This document shows positions 1-8,553 of a DNA stretch of 64,000 nt, one piece after another (position 1 is the stretch's first letter; the number at the start of each line of letters is the position of its first letter). The position numbers and the translations under genes are program-made. The notes beneath the pieces are model-generated. The model searched no databases, had not been told where the DNA came from, and saw only the letters and a list, made by a program, of their open reading frames with translations. The DNA is from an uncultured Spirochaetales bacterium (GTDB lineage Bacteria; Myxococcota_A; UBA9160; SMWR01): the NCBI GenBank assembly GCA_964653555.1, contig CAZZFT010000008.1, forward strand, positions 10,467-74,466. The letters run 5' to 3'.

Positions 1-1152
1 CCGCAGCGCCCGCAGGTCCTCGGGGCGGCGCCGCAGCCGCTCGTAGAGCCCGATGAACTCGCCCGGCTCGCCGGTCTCGAGCACCAGGGCATTCTGCCCG
101 GGGACGGCGTAGTCCTCGCCCGAGCAGCCGGTGCACGCGACGCCGCCGGCGGCCATCGTCTCGAGCCCCACCAGGCCGAAGGGCTCGTGGCTGCTGTTCG
201 CGAGCACGGCGTCCGAGGCGCGTAGCAGCGCGCGCCGCGCGTCCGGAGCCACGTGTGAGCGCAGGTGCACGACGTCGGCCTCCCCCGCATCGCTCAACAC
301 CTCGGCCAGCCCGCCGGGTCCGGGTGCCGCCTGCCGTTCCTCCACCCGCAGAGCCAGGCGGCGCGCGGTGTCGAGGACGAGCTGGCCGTAGCGCTCGTCG
401 CCGCCGCCGCGCGCCACCAGCAGCGGTTGCCAGCCGCGCCGTTTGATCGCCGCCGTGGTCTCGACGGCCGCAAGCCACGACTTGTCCGGATCCCAGCGCG
501 CCATCTTCGTGAGCAGCAGACGGTCGCGGAAGGCGCCGCGCAAAGAGGCGACGGCCTGGGTGTCGACGGCGGCGAAGGCGTCGGCGGCGAGTCCGTTGGG
601 AATGGCGAGCGCCTCCACGCCGATCTCGCGCATGCGGTGCTTCATGTACCGGCTCACCGTGGTGATCCGCGCCGCCCGCGCCAGCGCGGGCCAGTCGATA
701 CCCTCGAAGCCGAAGGTGTTGTTGGCGTTCCACAGGATCGTCACGCGCTCGCGCAGACCGGCGTCGCGCAGCAGGTCATCGAGCTGGAGGACGGCGCGCG
801 CCGTCTGCCACTCCTCGGCCAGCACCACGCCGCGCTCCCCGCGCTCCAGGGCCGGCCGCAGCACCTGGTCGAACAGGCGCCGGGGCAGGGCGCGGGCGTA
901 GTCCTCCTCCTTCGCTCCCTCGCCGGCGTACACGCCCGCGGGGTGGTGGCGGCTGATCCCCTGGCACCAGCGGTGCAGGACCACCTCGTCGCGACGCTCC
1001 ACGTCGGGAGCCTCGGGGTCGCCCACGAACCACAGGTGGACCTCGTGTCCGGCGGCGGCGAGAGCCTGGGTGAGTCCCTCCACGCGCGTCGCCAGTCCGC
1101 CGGCGCGCGCGTAGGGGTCGGGACCCTCGAAGGAGAGGACGTGCAGCTGCAT
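1..1152 (-). CDS. Glycosyltransferase family 4 (GT-B fold); 3' end cut by window edge
   Basis: Reverse-strand ORF absent from the track because it runs off the window. ATG at 1152 gives MQLHVLSFEGPDPYARAGGLATRVEGL... The C-terminal part has the GT4-type ...NSSHEPFGLVGLETMAAG... motif. Confidence 0.85.
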   Translation of the reverse strand, partial: MQLHVLSFEGPDPYARAGGLATRVEGLTQALAAAGHEVHLWFVGDPEAPDVERRDEVVLHRWCQGISRHHPAGVYAGEGAKEEDYARALPRRLFDQVLRPALERGERGVVLAEEWQTARAVLQLDDLLRDAGLRERVTILWNANNTFGFEGIDWPALARAARITTVSRYMKHRMREIGVEALAIPNGLAADAFAAVDTQAVASLRGAFRDRLLLTKMARWDPDKSWLAAVETTAAIKRRGWQPLLVARGGGDERYGQLVLDTARRLALRVEERQAAPGPGGLAEVLSDAGEADVVHLRSHVAPDARRALLRASDAVLANSSHEPFGLVGLETMAAGGVACTGCSGEDYAVPGQNALVLETGEPGEFIGLYERLRRRPEDLRALR

Positions 1153-1167
1153 CCGTCTTCGCTGGGC

Positions 1168-1656
1168 TCAGCTCGCCGTCGCCACCAGCGCCCGCGGGCG
1201 CTCCTGGGAGATCGCCGCGACCGTATCGCCGATCTCCGCCGGCGTCGGTGCGGTGCGCGCCTTGCCGGCGCCCGGGGTGCGCGCGCGTCGCGCCAGGTCG
1301 GCCACGGAGACCAGGCCCAGCAGCTGATTCGCGTCGTCGACCACCGGAAGGCGGTGCACCTGCGCCTGCTTCATGAGCTCTTCGGCGCGGTCCGCGCTGT
1401 CATGGGGACGACAAGCGTGCACTTGCGTCGACATCACGTCGCCGATCCGGATCTGGTCGAGGCGCTGGCCGCGCGTGTAGGAGGCCATGCAGACGTCGCG
1501 ATCGGTCACGATGCCGACCACGCGTTGCTCGGGCCCCGCGGAGACCACGGGCACGACACCGCAGTCGCGCTCCCACATGATCTGGGCCGCCCGGTTCAGA
1601 TTCTCCTCGGGAGCACAGGTCGAGACATCCTTGGTCATGATCTGCTCGATGCGCAT
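1168..1656 (-). CDS. CBS-domain pair protein
   Basis: Inner ATG at 1656 of ORF 1168..1974 (MRIEQIMTKDVSTCAP...VVGIVTDRDV...LLGLVSVADL), preceded by GGAGG. Two CBS repeats. The upstream part of the ORF is Arg/Pro-rich junk. Confidence 0.9.
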   Translation of the reverse strand: MRIEQIMTKDVSTCAPEENLNRAAQIMWERDCGVVPVVSAGPEQRVVGIVTDRDVCMASYTRGQRLDQIRIGDVMSTQVHACRPHDSADRAEELMKQAQVHRLPVVDDANQLLGLVSVADLARRARTPGAGKARTAPTPAEIGDTVAAISQERPRALVATAS

Positions 1657-1700
1657 CACACCCTCCTCGGGTCCCGGAAATGGGACTGAAACGCCTGCCT

Positions 1701-1717
1701 GTGCAACTTGCGTGCCG
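1701..1717 (-). promoter_or_regulatory. Candidate sigma54 (-24/-12) promoter for the CBS / GT4 genes
   Basis: Reverse strand reads CGGCACGCAAGTTGCAC. GGCACG and TTGCA have the canonical 12-nt GG-to-GC spacing, about 45 nt upstream of the ATG at 1656. Confidence 0.4.
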
Positions 1718-1819
1718 TCGGGAGCGCGTGTCGCGGCGCGAGAAGGGCGCGCCACCGTCGGAGTGGGACCGCTCGCCTCGGGGCAGTCCGGATTCCCGCG
1801 CGAGGCCGCGAGCGCGGCG

Positions 1820-2590
1820 CTAGCGCGCGTCGGCGAAGGCGGAGGAGGCGACCCGGAGCAGCCGGCTGCGCAGGGAGACGACCGTCGGGATCTCTCGGGG
1901 TGTCGGGGACGGCGACTCGTCGCAGCGCAGGTAGGGCGAGCTCGCCAGCCATTGCGCCTCGGGGTAGTAGGCAAACACGGCGCTGCCCCCCCGGATCGTG
2001 TCGATCACCTCCCGGCTCACGGCCGGATCGAGGGCCGGACAGCCCCAGCTGCGTCCGAGGCGCCCGTGCTCCGCGGCGAAGCGGGGTGTGGCGTAGTCGG
2101 CTCCGTGCACCACGATGCCTCGCTCGTAGGCCAGGTCGTTGATGCCGGGCTCGAGGCCGACCAGACGCAGGGAGTAGCCGTGGCGTCCCACGTAGGTCTC
2201 GCCGGTGCGGAAGAGGCCGAGGCTCGACTGCCGAGACCCGGGAAGATTGGAGAATGTGCGCGCAAGACGCAGCCCGCTCTCGCGCCCGTGGGCGACCAGC
2301 TCGTGGAAGCGGACCGCTCCCGCGCCAAGGTCGATCACCCACAGGCGCCGCTCCCACGAGGGCCGCGCGTAGTCGATCAAGGTGAGCACGGGCGTCTCGA
2401 GCTCGCCCCGGGCGCGTCCGCAGGCGACGGCGCGCAGCGCGAGGTCGAGCGGCTGGGCGGGGACGCCGGCCGCCACGAGTTGCCGCAAGAGGACGTCCCG
2501 CTCGGGCTCGTCGGTCCCCGCACCCGCCGCCGCGGCGAGCGGGAGCGCCAGGACGACCAGAAGGACGGAGGCGGCGAGAGCGCTGCGCAC
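1820..2590 (-). CDS. L,D-transpeptidase catalytic-domain family protein (YkuD_2-like), exported
   Basis: GTG start with GGGGAG SD. Signal peptide MRSALAASVLLVVLALPLAAAAGAG. Motifs GIVVHGADY...GRSWGCPAL typical of the murein L,D-transpeptidase-like family. Confidence 0.8.
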   Translation of the reverse strand: MRSALAASVLLVVLALPLAAAAGAGTDEPERDVLLRQLVAAGVPAQPLDLALRAVACGRARGELETPVLTLIDYARPSWERRLWVIDLGAGAVRFHELVAHGRESGLRLARTFSNLPGSRQSSLGLFRTGETYVGRHGYSLRLVGLEPGINDLAYERGIVVHGADYATPRFAAEHGRLGRSWGCPALDPAVSREVIDTIRGGSAVFAYYPEAQWLASSPYLRCDESPSPTPREIPTVVSLRSRLLRVASSAFADAR

Positions 2591-2740
2591 GAATCGAACT
2601 CCCCGTCCGGATCTCCGAGCCGCTCCCCGTCGGGCTCGTCCGGTCCTGAAGCTTCATCGGAACGGCGGGTCGCGGACTCGAGCCCGCTCCCGCCGGGCCG
2701 CATCGTCTCACTTCGCCTGCCCCTCCTGCAACTCGTCCTG

Positions 2741-4135
2741 GTGCTGGTCGCCCTGGCGGCTCTCGGCGCTCTCGCCGGCCGCGCGCGGGCCGAGGACGGG
2801 AGTGCGGCGGTAGAGGAGCTGCCGCTCGGCCCGGCCGAGCACGTGCTCGGCCAGCGGCTGCGGGAGCCCGACGACCTGGCCCGCTACTACGGCAGCGGCG
2901 TCCCCCGGCCGCGCTGGCTGCGACCCGACGGCTCGCTCGGGCCGGAGGCCCGCGAGCTGCTCGCGAGCGTGGAGGGCTCGGCCCGCCAGGGCCTCCACCC
3001 CGACGCCTATCACTCCGGCGCGCTGTCGCGCCTGGCGGACGCCGCGCCGATCGAGCCGCAGATCCGGGCGGGCCTGGAGATCCTCCTCTCCGACGCGTTC
3101 CTCCACCTCGCGCGCCACGTGTCGGCGGGAGCCGTCGATCCGTGGCGGCTCCATCCCGGCTTCCGGCGCGCGGGCCCGGCGCCGCCCGATCCCGTGCCGG
3201 CGCTGGTCGCGGCGCGCGAGTCGGGACGCGTCGCCGGGACCCTCGCGGGGATGGCGCCCCCTCATCCCGAGTACGCCGCGCTGTGCGCAGAGCTCGAGCG
3301 GCTGCGCGAGTCCGGCGGCGCCGGCGCTCCGCACGCGGCGCGGCGCAGCGACCGCGTGCGCGCCAGCCTGGAGCGCTGGCGCTGGCTGCCGCGCGATCTC
3401 GGGGCCCGCCATCTGCGGGTGAACATCCCGTCCTTCACCGTCCGGGCCTTCGAGGACGGCGCGCCGGCGCTCGCGATGCGCGTGGTCGTGGGCAGCGCCG
3501 CGTGGCAGACGCCGATCATGGACGGCGTCATCACCGAGCTGATCCTGAACCCGGCGTGGTGGGTGCCGCGCTCGATCGCCACCCGGGAGATGCTGCCCGC
3601 GGTCCGGCGCGACCCCGACTACTTCTCCCGCACCGGGATCGAGGTGCTCGCCGACGAGGGCGGCGTCACGCGCGCGGTGGACCCGCGGCGGGTCGACTGG
3701 TCGTCCGTCACCGCCGAGGGCTTCCCCTTCCGCCTGCGCCAGCCCCCGGGGCCGCGCAATCCGATGGGCCGGATCAAGTTCTCGTTCCCCAACCGCTACG
3801 CGGTGTACCTGCACGGGACGCCGTCGGACGCCGGCTTCGAGCGCCCCCTGCGCACGCTCTCCCACGGCTGCGTGCGCGTGGAGGACGAGGTCGCCCTCGC
3901 GCTGTTCGCGCTCGCCCCCGATCCCGCGTGGACCCGGGCGCGCCTGGAGCAGGCGCTGCGGGGCGCTCCCGAGCGCCCGGTGAGGCTCCCGGTCCCGCTG
4001 TCCGTGTATCTGCTCTACTTCACGGCGACCGTCGACGCCGAGGGTGCCGTGTCGGTCACCGGCGATCCCTACGGCTGGGACGAGCCCCTGCTCGACGCGC
4101 TCGACGCCGGGGTGGAGGGCGATCCGCAGCCGTAG
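2741..4135 (+). CDS. L,D-transpeptidase, YcbB-like (scaffold domain + YkuD catalytic domain)
   Basis: C-terminal part of ORF 1487..4135: ...NIPSFTVRAFEDG...YLHGTPS...LSHGCVRVED (catalytic Cys motif). Start uncertain: first canonical start in the hydrophobic leader is GTG 2741; CTG 2717 is an alternative. Confidence 0.85.
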   Translation: MLVALAALGALAGRARAEDGSAAVEELPLGPAEHVLGQRLREPDDLARYYGSGVPRPRWLRPDGSLGPEARELLASVEGSARQGLHPDAYHSGALSRLADAAPIEPQIRAGLEILLSDAFLHLARHVSAGAVDPWRLHPGFRRAGPAPPDPVPALVAARESGRVAGTLAGMAPPHPEYAALCAELERLRESGGAGAPHAARRSDRVRASLERWRWLPRDLGARHLRVNIPSFTVRAFEDGAPALAMRVVVGSAAWQTPIMDGVITELILNPAWWVPRSIATREMLPAVRRDPDYFSRTGIEVLADEGGVTRAVDPRRVDWSSVTAEGFPFRLRQPPGPRNPMGRIKFSFPNRYAVYLHGTPSDAGFERPLRTLSHGCVRVEDEVALALFALAPDPAWTRARLEQALRGAPERPVRLPVPLSVYLLYFTATVDAEGAVSVTGDPYGWDEPLLDALDAGVEGDPQP

Positions 4136-4240
4136 TCGCGCTGGGGCCATCCGCCTCGGCTGCGCGCCCGATGGGTCGGGCCGGGCCAGCTCCTGGCCAC
4201 TTCGACGATGCGTGCGAGAGCCCGACTCATCGGGGGGGGC

Positions 4241-4257
4241 TTGGCACGAAAGATGCG
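4241..4257 (+). promoter_or_regulatory. Candidate sigma54 (-24/-12) promoter upstream of the Pcm fusion gene
   Basis: TTGGCACGAAAGATGCG: perfect TTGGCACG -24 box, GC at the canonical +12 spacing (ATGC instead of TTGC). Lies 13 nt before GTG 4270 and 43 nt before ATG 4300. Confidence 0.35.
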
Positions 4258-4269
4258 TTGCACGAACCC

Positions 4270-6270
4270 GTGCAGGACACGGTTGCAGAGCGGGATCAGA
4301 TGGTGCGCGACCATCTCGCCGCGCGCGGGATCCGTGAGCCGTCCGTACTGGATGCGTTTCGCGCCGTTCCCCGCGAGGCATTCCTGCCCCCGGAGCTGGG
4401 GGAGTTCGCGTACCAGGACTCGCCCCTGCCGATCGAGAAGGGCCAGACGATCTCCCAGCCCTACATCGTGGCGCTGATGACCGCCGCGCTTCGCGTGCAG
4501 CCCGGGGACGTCGTGCTCGAGATCGGCACCGGCTCGGGCTACGCCGCGGCGATCCTCGGCCGGATCGCCCGCAGCGTCTACACCGTCGAGCGTCACGAGG
4601 AGCTGGCCGACCTCGCCGCGCGTCGCCTCGCCGAGCTGGGCTTCGACAACGTCTCGGTCCGCCACGGCGACGGATCCCTCGGCTGGCCCGAGCACGCGCC
4701 CTACGACGCGATCGCGGTCGCCGCCGGGGGGCCCGGTGTGCCGCGCGCGCTGCTCGACCAGCTGGCGCCGGGCGGCAGGCTGGTGATGCCCGTGGGCGAG
4801 GGGCGCGAGCTCCAGAAGCTGGTGCGCGTCACCCGCCAGCCCGACGGCAGCTTCGCCAGCGAGGACCTGAGCGACGTCCGCTTCGTGCCCCTGATCGGCG
4901 CCCAGGGCTGGGAGGTCGAGGAGCCCTGGGAGGGACGCGCCGCCCGGACGCCGTCCCGACCCGCCACCGTCGCGCATCTGGTCTGCGAGCAGGCACTGCC
5001 CTTCGACGAGATCGAGGGCCACGATCTCGGCTCGCTGCTCGAGCGGATCGGCGATGCGCGCGTGGTGGCGATCGGCGAGGCGAGCCACGGGACCTCCGAG
5101 TTCTACCGGATGCGCGCCGAGATCACGAAGGCCCTGATCCGCTCGCGCGGCTTCGACCTGGTCGCCGTCGAGGCGGACTGGCCCGACGCCGCCGCCGTTG
5201 ACCGCTGGGTGCACGACGCGCCGCCGCTCCCCGACGACACCGGGCGGATGCGCCCGTTCCAGCGCTTCCCCACCTGGATGTGGCGCAACCACGAGACGCT
5301 CGCCTTCGCCGGCTGGCTGCGCGAGCACAACGCAAAGACGCGCGGCGACCGCGCCGGGGTCTCGTTCCACGGCCTCGACCTCTACAGCCTGTTCACCTCG
5401 ATCCAGGCGGTGCTCCAGTTCCTCGACCGCGTCGATCCGGCGGCGGCGCGCGTGGCGCGCCAGCGCTACGGCTGCCTCACACCCTGGGAGAGCGATCCGG
5501 CCGCCTACGGCCACGCGGCCCTCACCGGCCGCTACCGGGTGTGCGAGCGTGAGGCGGTGGCGATGCTGCGCGAACTGATGGAGCGGCGCCTCGACTACGC
5601 CGCCCGCGATGGCGAGGCGGTCTTCGACGCGGTGCAGAACGCGCGGCTCATCGCCGACGCAGAGCGCTACTACCGCGCGATGTACTACGGCTCGAACGAG
5701 TCGTGGAACCTGCGCGACCGACACATGTTCGAGACGCTCCAGGCGCTGCTCGCCTTCCGCGGGCCCCAGGCGAAGGCGGTGCTCTGGGCGCACAACTCGC
5801 ACCTCGGCGACGCCTCGGCCACCGAGATGGGCCTGCGCGGCCAGCTCAACGTCGGACAGCTGTGTCGCGAGACCTTCGGCACCTCCGCCTTCCTGATCGG
5901 CTTCGGCACCGACCGCGGCACTGTCGCCGCGGCCGACGACTGGGACGGGCCGATGCGAGTGATGACCGTGCGACCGTCTCACCCGGAGAGCTACGAGCGC
6001 CTGTGCCACGAGAGCGGGGTGCCGGCCTTCTTCCTGCACCTGCGCGAGCCCGACCGCGAGGCGCTGCGCTACGAGCTCGAGCCGCCGCGTCTCGAGCGCG
6101 CGATCGGCGTCGTCTACCGCCCGCAGACCGAGCTGCAGAGCCACTACTTCCGCGCCAGTCTGCCGCGGCAGTTCGACGAGTACGTGTGGATCGACGAGAC
6201 CAGTGCAGTGCGGCCGGTGACGCCCGCCGACGGTCAGGCCTTGCCGCGGGTCCACCCGTTCGCGGGGTGA
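4270..6270 (+). CDS. Fusion protein: protein-L-isoaspartate O-methyltransferase (Pcm) N-terminal domain + erythromycin esterase/ChaN-like C-terminal domain
   Basis: In-frame part of ORF 3142..6270. Pcm motifs: ...RDQMVRDHLAARGI...VPREAFLP...GQTISQPYIVALM...VLEIGTGSGYAAA. These continue without a stop into ...VVAIGEASHGTSEFYRMRAEITKALI...WAHNSHLGDA (Ere-family motifs). Start is GTG 4270 or ATG 4300. Confidence 0.85.
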   Translation: MQDTVAERDQMVRDHLAARGIREPSVLDAFRAVPREAFLPPELGEFAYQDSPLPIEKGQTISQPYIVALMTAALRVQPGDVVLEIGTGSGYAAAILGRIARSVYTVERHEELADLAARRLAELGFDNVSVRHGDGSLGWPEHAPYDAIAVAAGGPGVPRALLDQLAPGGRLVMPVGEGRELQKLVRVTRQPDGSFASEDLSDVRFVPLIGAQGWEVEEPWEGRAARTPSRPATVAHLVCEQALPFDEIEGHDLGSLLERIGDARVVAIGEASHGTSEFYRMRAEITKALIRSRGFDLVAVEADWPDAAAVDRWVHDAPPLPDDTGRMRPFQRFPTWMWRNHETLAFAGWLREHNAKTRGDRAGVSFHGLDLYSLFTSIQAVLQFLDRVDPAAARVARQRYGCLTPWESDPAAYGHAALTGRYRVCEREAVAMLRELMERRLDYAARDGEAVFDAVQNARLIADAERYYRAMYYGSNESWNLRDRHMFETLQALLAFRGPQAKAVLWAHNSHLGDASATEMGLRGQLNVGQLCRETFGTSAFLIGFGTDRGTVAAADDWDGPMRVMTVRPSHPESYERLCHESGVPAFFLHLREPDREALRYELEPPRLERAIGVVYRPQTELQSHYFRASLPRQFDEYVWIDETSAVRPVTPADGQALPRVHPFAG

Positions 6271-6281
6271 AGGAGGGAGCC

Positions 6282-6776
6282 ATGGCGATCGCACCGGCGC
6301 TTCGGAAGATCCTCGACGGCGAGGACGTCGAGTACGAGGTCGTCCACCACCGTCCGGACACGTGGGCGCTGCGCACCGCCGTGGACACCGACACGCCGCC
6401 GGAGGCGTTCGCGAAGAGCGTCGTGGTCTGCATCGACGGCCGCTTCGCGGTCGCCCTGCTTCCGGCGACGCACTATCTGGCGCCCAGCCGCCTCGCGCGC
6501 GCGACCGGTGCCACGTCGGTGCGCCTGGCCACGGAGTCGGAGATGCGCGAGCGGATGCCGGGCTTCGAGGTGGGCGCCGCGCCGCCCTTCCCGGCGCTGT
6601 GCGGTCTGCCCATCTACGCGAGCCCGCTGCTCGCCCGCGACGAGCGCATCACCTTCAACGCCGGCACCCATCGCGACGCGCTGCGCATGCGCTGGTCCGA
6701 CTACGAGCGGCTCGCGAAGCCCGAGATGGCGCACCTCTCCCACCACGAGGAAGAGGAGACGGGCGCGTCGTCCTAG
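6282..6776 (+). CDS. YbaK/EbsC-like aminoacyl-tRNA editing (deacylase) domain protein
   Basis: ATG 6282 after AGGAGGGA SD: MAIAPALRKILDGEDVEYEVVHH...AKSVVVCIDGRFAVALLPATH...GAAPPFPAL...ITFNAGTH. Domain-level call only. Confidence 0.75.
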   Translation: MAIAPALRKILDGEDVEYEVVHHRPDTWALRTAVDTDTPPEAFAKSVVVCIDGRFAVALLPATHYLAPSRLARATGATSVRLATESEMRERMPGFEVGAAPPFPALCGLPIYASPLLARDERITFNAGTHRDALRMRWSDYERLAKPEMAHLSHHEEEETGASS

Positions 6777-6793
6777 CCGTGCGCCGCGCGCAA

Positions 6794-8494
6794 ATGCCTC
6801 CGGAGACGCGGATCTCGGAGCGGACGGGACCGGAGCGGGAGCAGGCGGAGGCCGCGCGGGGAGTCCTGTTGCGCGCGAACGTCGCGGCGCCCGGCGAGTC
6901 GGCGCTCGCCGCCGTGGCGGAGCGCGTGGGTCGTGCGGTTGCCGAGGCCGAGCTCCCCGCTGAGCGCGCGGACTGGACGGCGCGCTTCGCGGCGGCACTG
7001 GTCGGGGAGCGCTTCTGGCCGAGCGTTCCGATCCTCTCGAACGCGGGTCGCGGCGGCTCGCTCGCGGCGTGCTTCGTGCTCGAGCCCGCGGACTCGCTCG
7101 ACTCGATCTACGAGACGCTGCGGCGCGCTGCGCGCATCCAGCAGGGATCGGGGGGCGTGGGCCTCGACCTGTCGCGGTTGCGGCCGCGCGGAGCGCCCAT
7201 CGCGCGCTCGGGAGGCGTCTCGCCCGGACCGGTTGCCTTCGCCCAGCTCGCCGCGCACTCGGCGCGCATCAACGCCCTGTCCGGACGCCGGGAGGGCGCG
7301 CACCTGGTGATCCTCGCCGACTCCCACCCCGACGTCCTCGCGTTCGTCGAGGCGGCGCGCGAGGGCGAGGCGCTGCGCGGCGCCGGACTCGCCGTGGCGA
7401 CGAGCGACGCCCTGCTCGCCGCGGCGCGCCGAGGCGCCGACCACGTGCTGCGCGATCCGCGCGGTGCGCCGGCCGGATCGATCCCGGCGCGGGAGCTGCT
7501 GTGGGCGATCGCCGCCGCGATCCGCGACACTGGAAACCCTACCCTGCTCTTCCTCGACGCGATCGCCGCCGGCGATCCCACTCCGCAGCTGGGCGTGCCG
7601 CGGGCCACCAATCCCTGCGGCGAGCAGCCGCTGCGCCCCGACGAGAGCTGCGTGCTGGGATCGCTGGCCCTGACGGCCTTCGCCGACGAGCGGGGCCGGG
7701 TCGATCTGGCGGCGCTCGGCGAAGCCGCGCGCCTGGCGGTGCGCTTCCTCGACGACGTGGTGGAGGTGACCGTCCATCCCGATGCCGCGTGCGCCGAGGC
7801 GGGGCGCCGCACGCGCAAGATCGGTCTCGGCGTGATGGGCTTCGCCGACCTGCTGCTCCTGCGCGGCGAGGCCTACGGGAGCGCGGCGTCGCGGCGCACC
7901 GCCGAGCGGGTGATCGCCTGCGTGGAGCGCGAGGCGCGCCGCGCCAGCGAGGAGCTCGCCACGCAGCGCGGGCCGTTTCCCGGCTTCGACGGGCCGGGGC
8001 CGCCGCGGCGCAACGCGAGCCTGCTGGCGATCGCCCCGACCGGCACCCTGCGGCTGCTGGCCGGGTGCAGCGGCGGGATCGAGCCCTGGATCGACCCGGT
8101 CGTGTCGGTTCGCACGCGCGATGGGGCGTCGCAGCGCTGGGTCGATCGCACGCTGCTCTCCTGGCTGGAGCGGCGCTCCGGCGATCCCGCGACGCTGCTC
8201 GACGCGATCGCCGCGAGATGCGCGGCCGAGCAACTGCCGGGGCTCGCCGCCGCCGAGCGGTCGCTGCTGCGGCGCGCTCACGAGATCCCCGCCGAGGAGC
8301 AGCTCGCGCTCCAGAGCCGCTTCCAGGCTCACGTCGACGGCGCCGTGGCGAAGACCGTGCACCTGTCCCAGGAGACCTCGACCGCTCGCATCGAGCAGCT
8401 GATCCACACGGCCCGGAGGCTCGGATGCAAAGGTGTGGCGTTCTGGCGCACTCCGGACGAGATCCCGGCCGCCTGCGTGCGCTGCGCGGCGTGA
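6794..8494 (+). CDS. nrdJ: Adenosylcobalamin-dependent (class II) ribonucleotide reductase
   Basis: Inner ATG 6794 of ORF 6362..8494. Motifs ILSNAGR...LAACFVL, IQQGSGGVGLDLSRLRP, TNPCGEQPL (thiyl-radical Cys loop), ESCVLGS, and a C-terminal Cys pair CVRC. Confidence 0.9.
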   Translation: MPPETRISERTGPEREQAEAARGVLLRANVAAPGESALAAVAERVGRAVAEAELPAERADWTARFAAALVGERFWPSVPILSNAGRGGSLAACFVLEPADSLDSIYETLRRAARIQQGSGGVGLDLSRLRPRGAPIARSGGVSPGPVAFAQLAAHSARINALSGRREGAHLVILADSHPDVLAFVEAAREGEALRGAGLAVATSDALLAAARRGADHVLRDPRGAPAGSIPARELLWAIAAAIRDTGNPTLLFLDAIAAGDPTPQLGVPRATNPCGEQPLRPDESCVLGSLALTAFADERGRVDLAALGEAARLAVRFLDDVVEVTVHPDAACAEAGRRTRKIGLGVMGFADLLLLRGEAYGSAASRRTAERVIACVEREARRASEELATQRGPFPGFDGPGPPRRNASLLAIAPTGTLRLLAGCSGGIEPWIDPVVSVRTRDGASQRWVDRTLLSWLERRSGDPATLLDAIAARCAAEQLPGLAAAERSLLRRAHEIPAEEQLALQSRFQAHVDGAVAKTVHLSQETSTARIEQLIHTARRLGCKGVAFWRTPDEIPAACVRCAA

Positions 8495-8507
8495 CGACCC
8501 CGCCCGC

Positions 8508-8526
8508 TGAGGCACGGAACCTGCAC
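8508..8526 (+). promoter_or_regulatory. Candidate sigma54 (-24/-12) promoter for the 8554-13066 operon (includes rtcB)
   Basis: TGAGGCACGGAACCTGCAC: GGCACG at -24, CTGCA at -12 with exact 12-nt GG-to-GC spacing. About 30 nt upstream of GTG 8554, whose SD is GGGAGGG. Confidence 0.35.
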
Positions 8527-8553
8527 TGTCGTTCCCCGGGAGGGACCCGAGAG

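Noticed and set aside
265-1689. 474-aa plus-strand ORF covering the GT4 and CBS genes
   Set aside because: The translation is Arg/Ala/Gly/His-rich with no motifs. The opposite strand encodes clear GT4 and CBS proteins. Typical high-GC shadow ORF.
2708-4381. 557-aa minus-strand ORF antisense to the YcbB-like gene
   Set aside because: Low-complexity Arg/Gly/Pro/Ala composition, while the plus strand carries the SHGCVRV L,D-transpeptidase.
4069-6294. 741-aa minus-strand ORF antisense to the Pcm::Ere fusion
   Set aside because: No recognisable domains, shadow-ORF composition, and the plus-strand frame has strong family motifs throughout.
6773-8515. 580-aa minus-strand ORF antisense to nrdJ
   Set aside because: Same reasoning: nrdJ motifs occupy the plus strand, and the antisense translation is Arg/Gly/Ala/Pro-rich.
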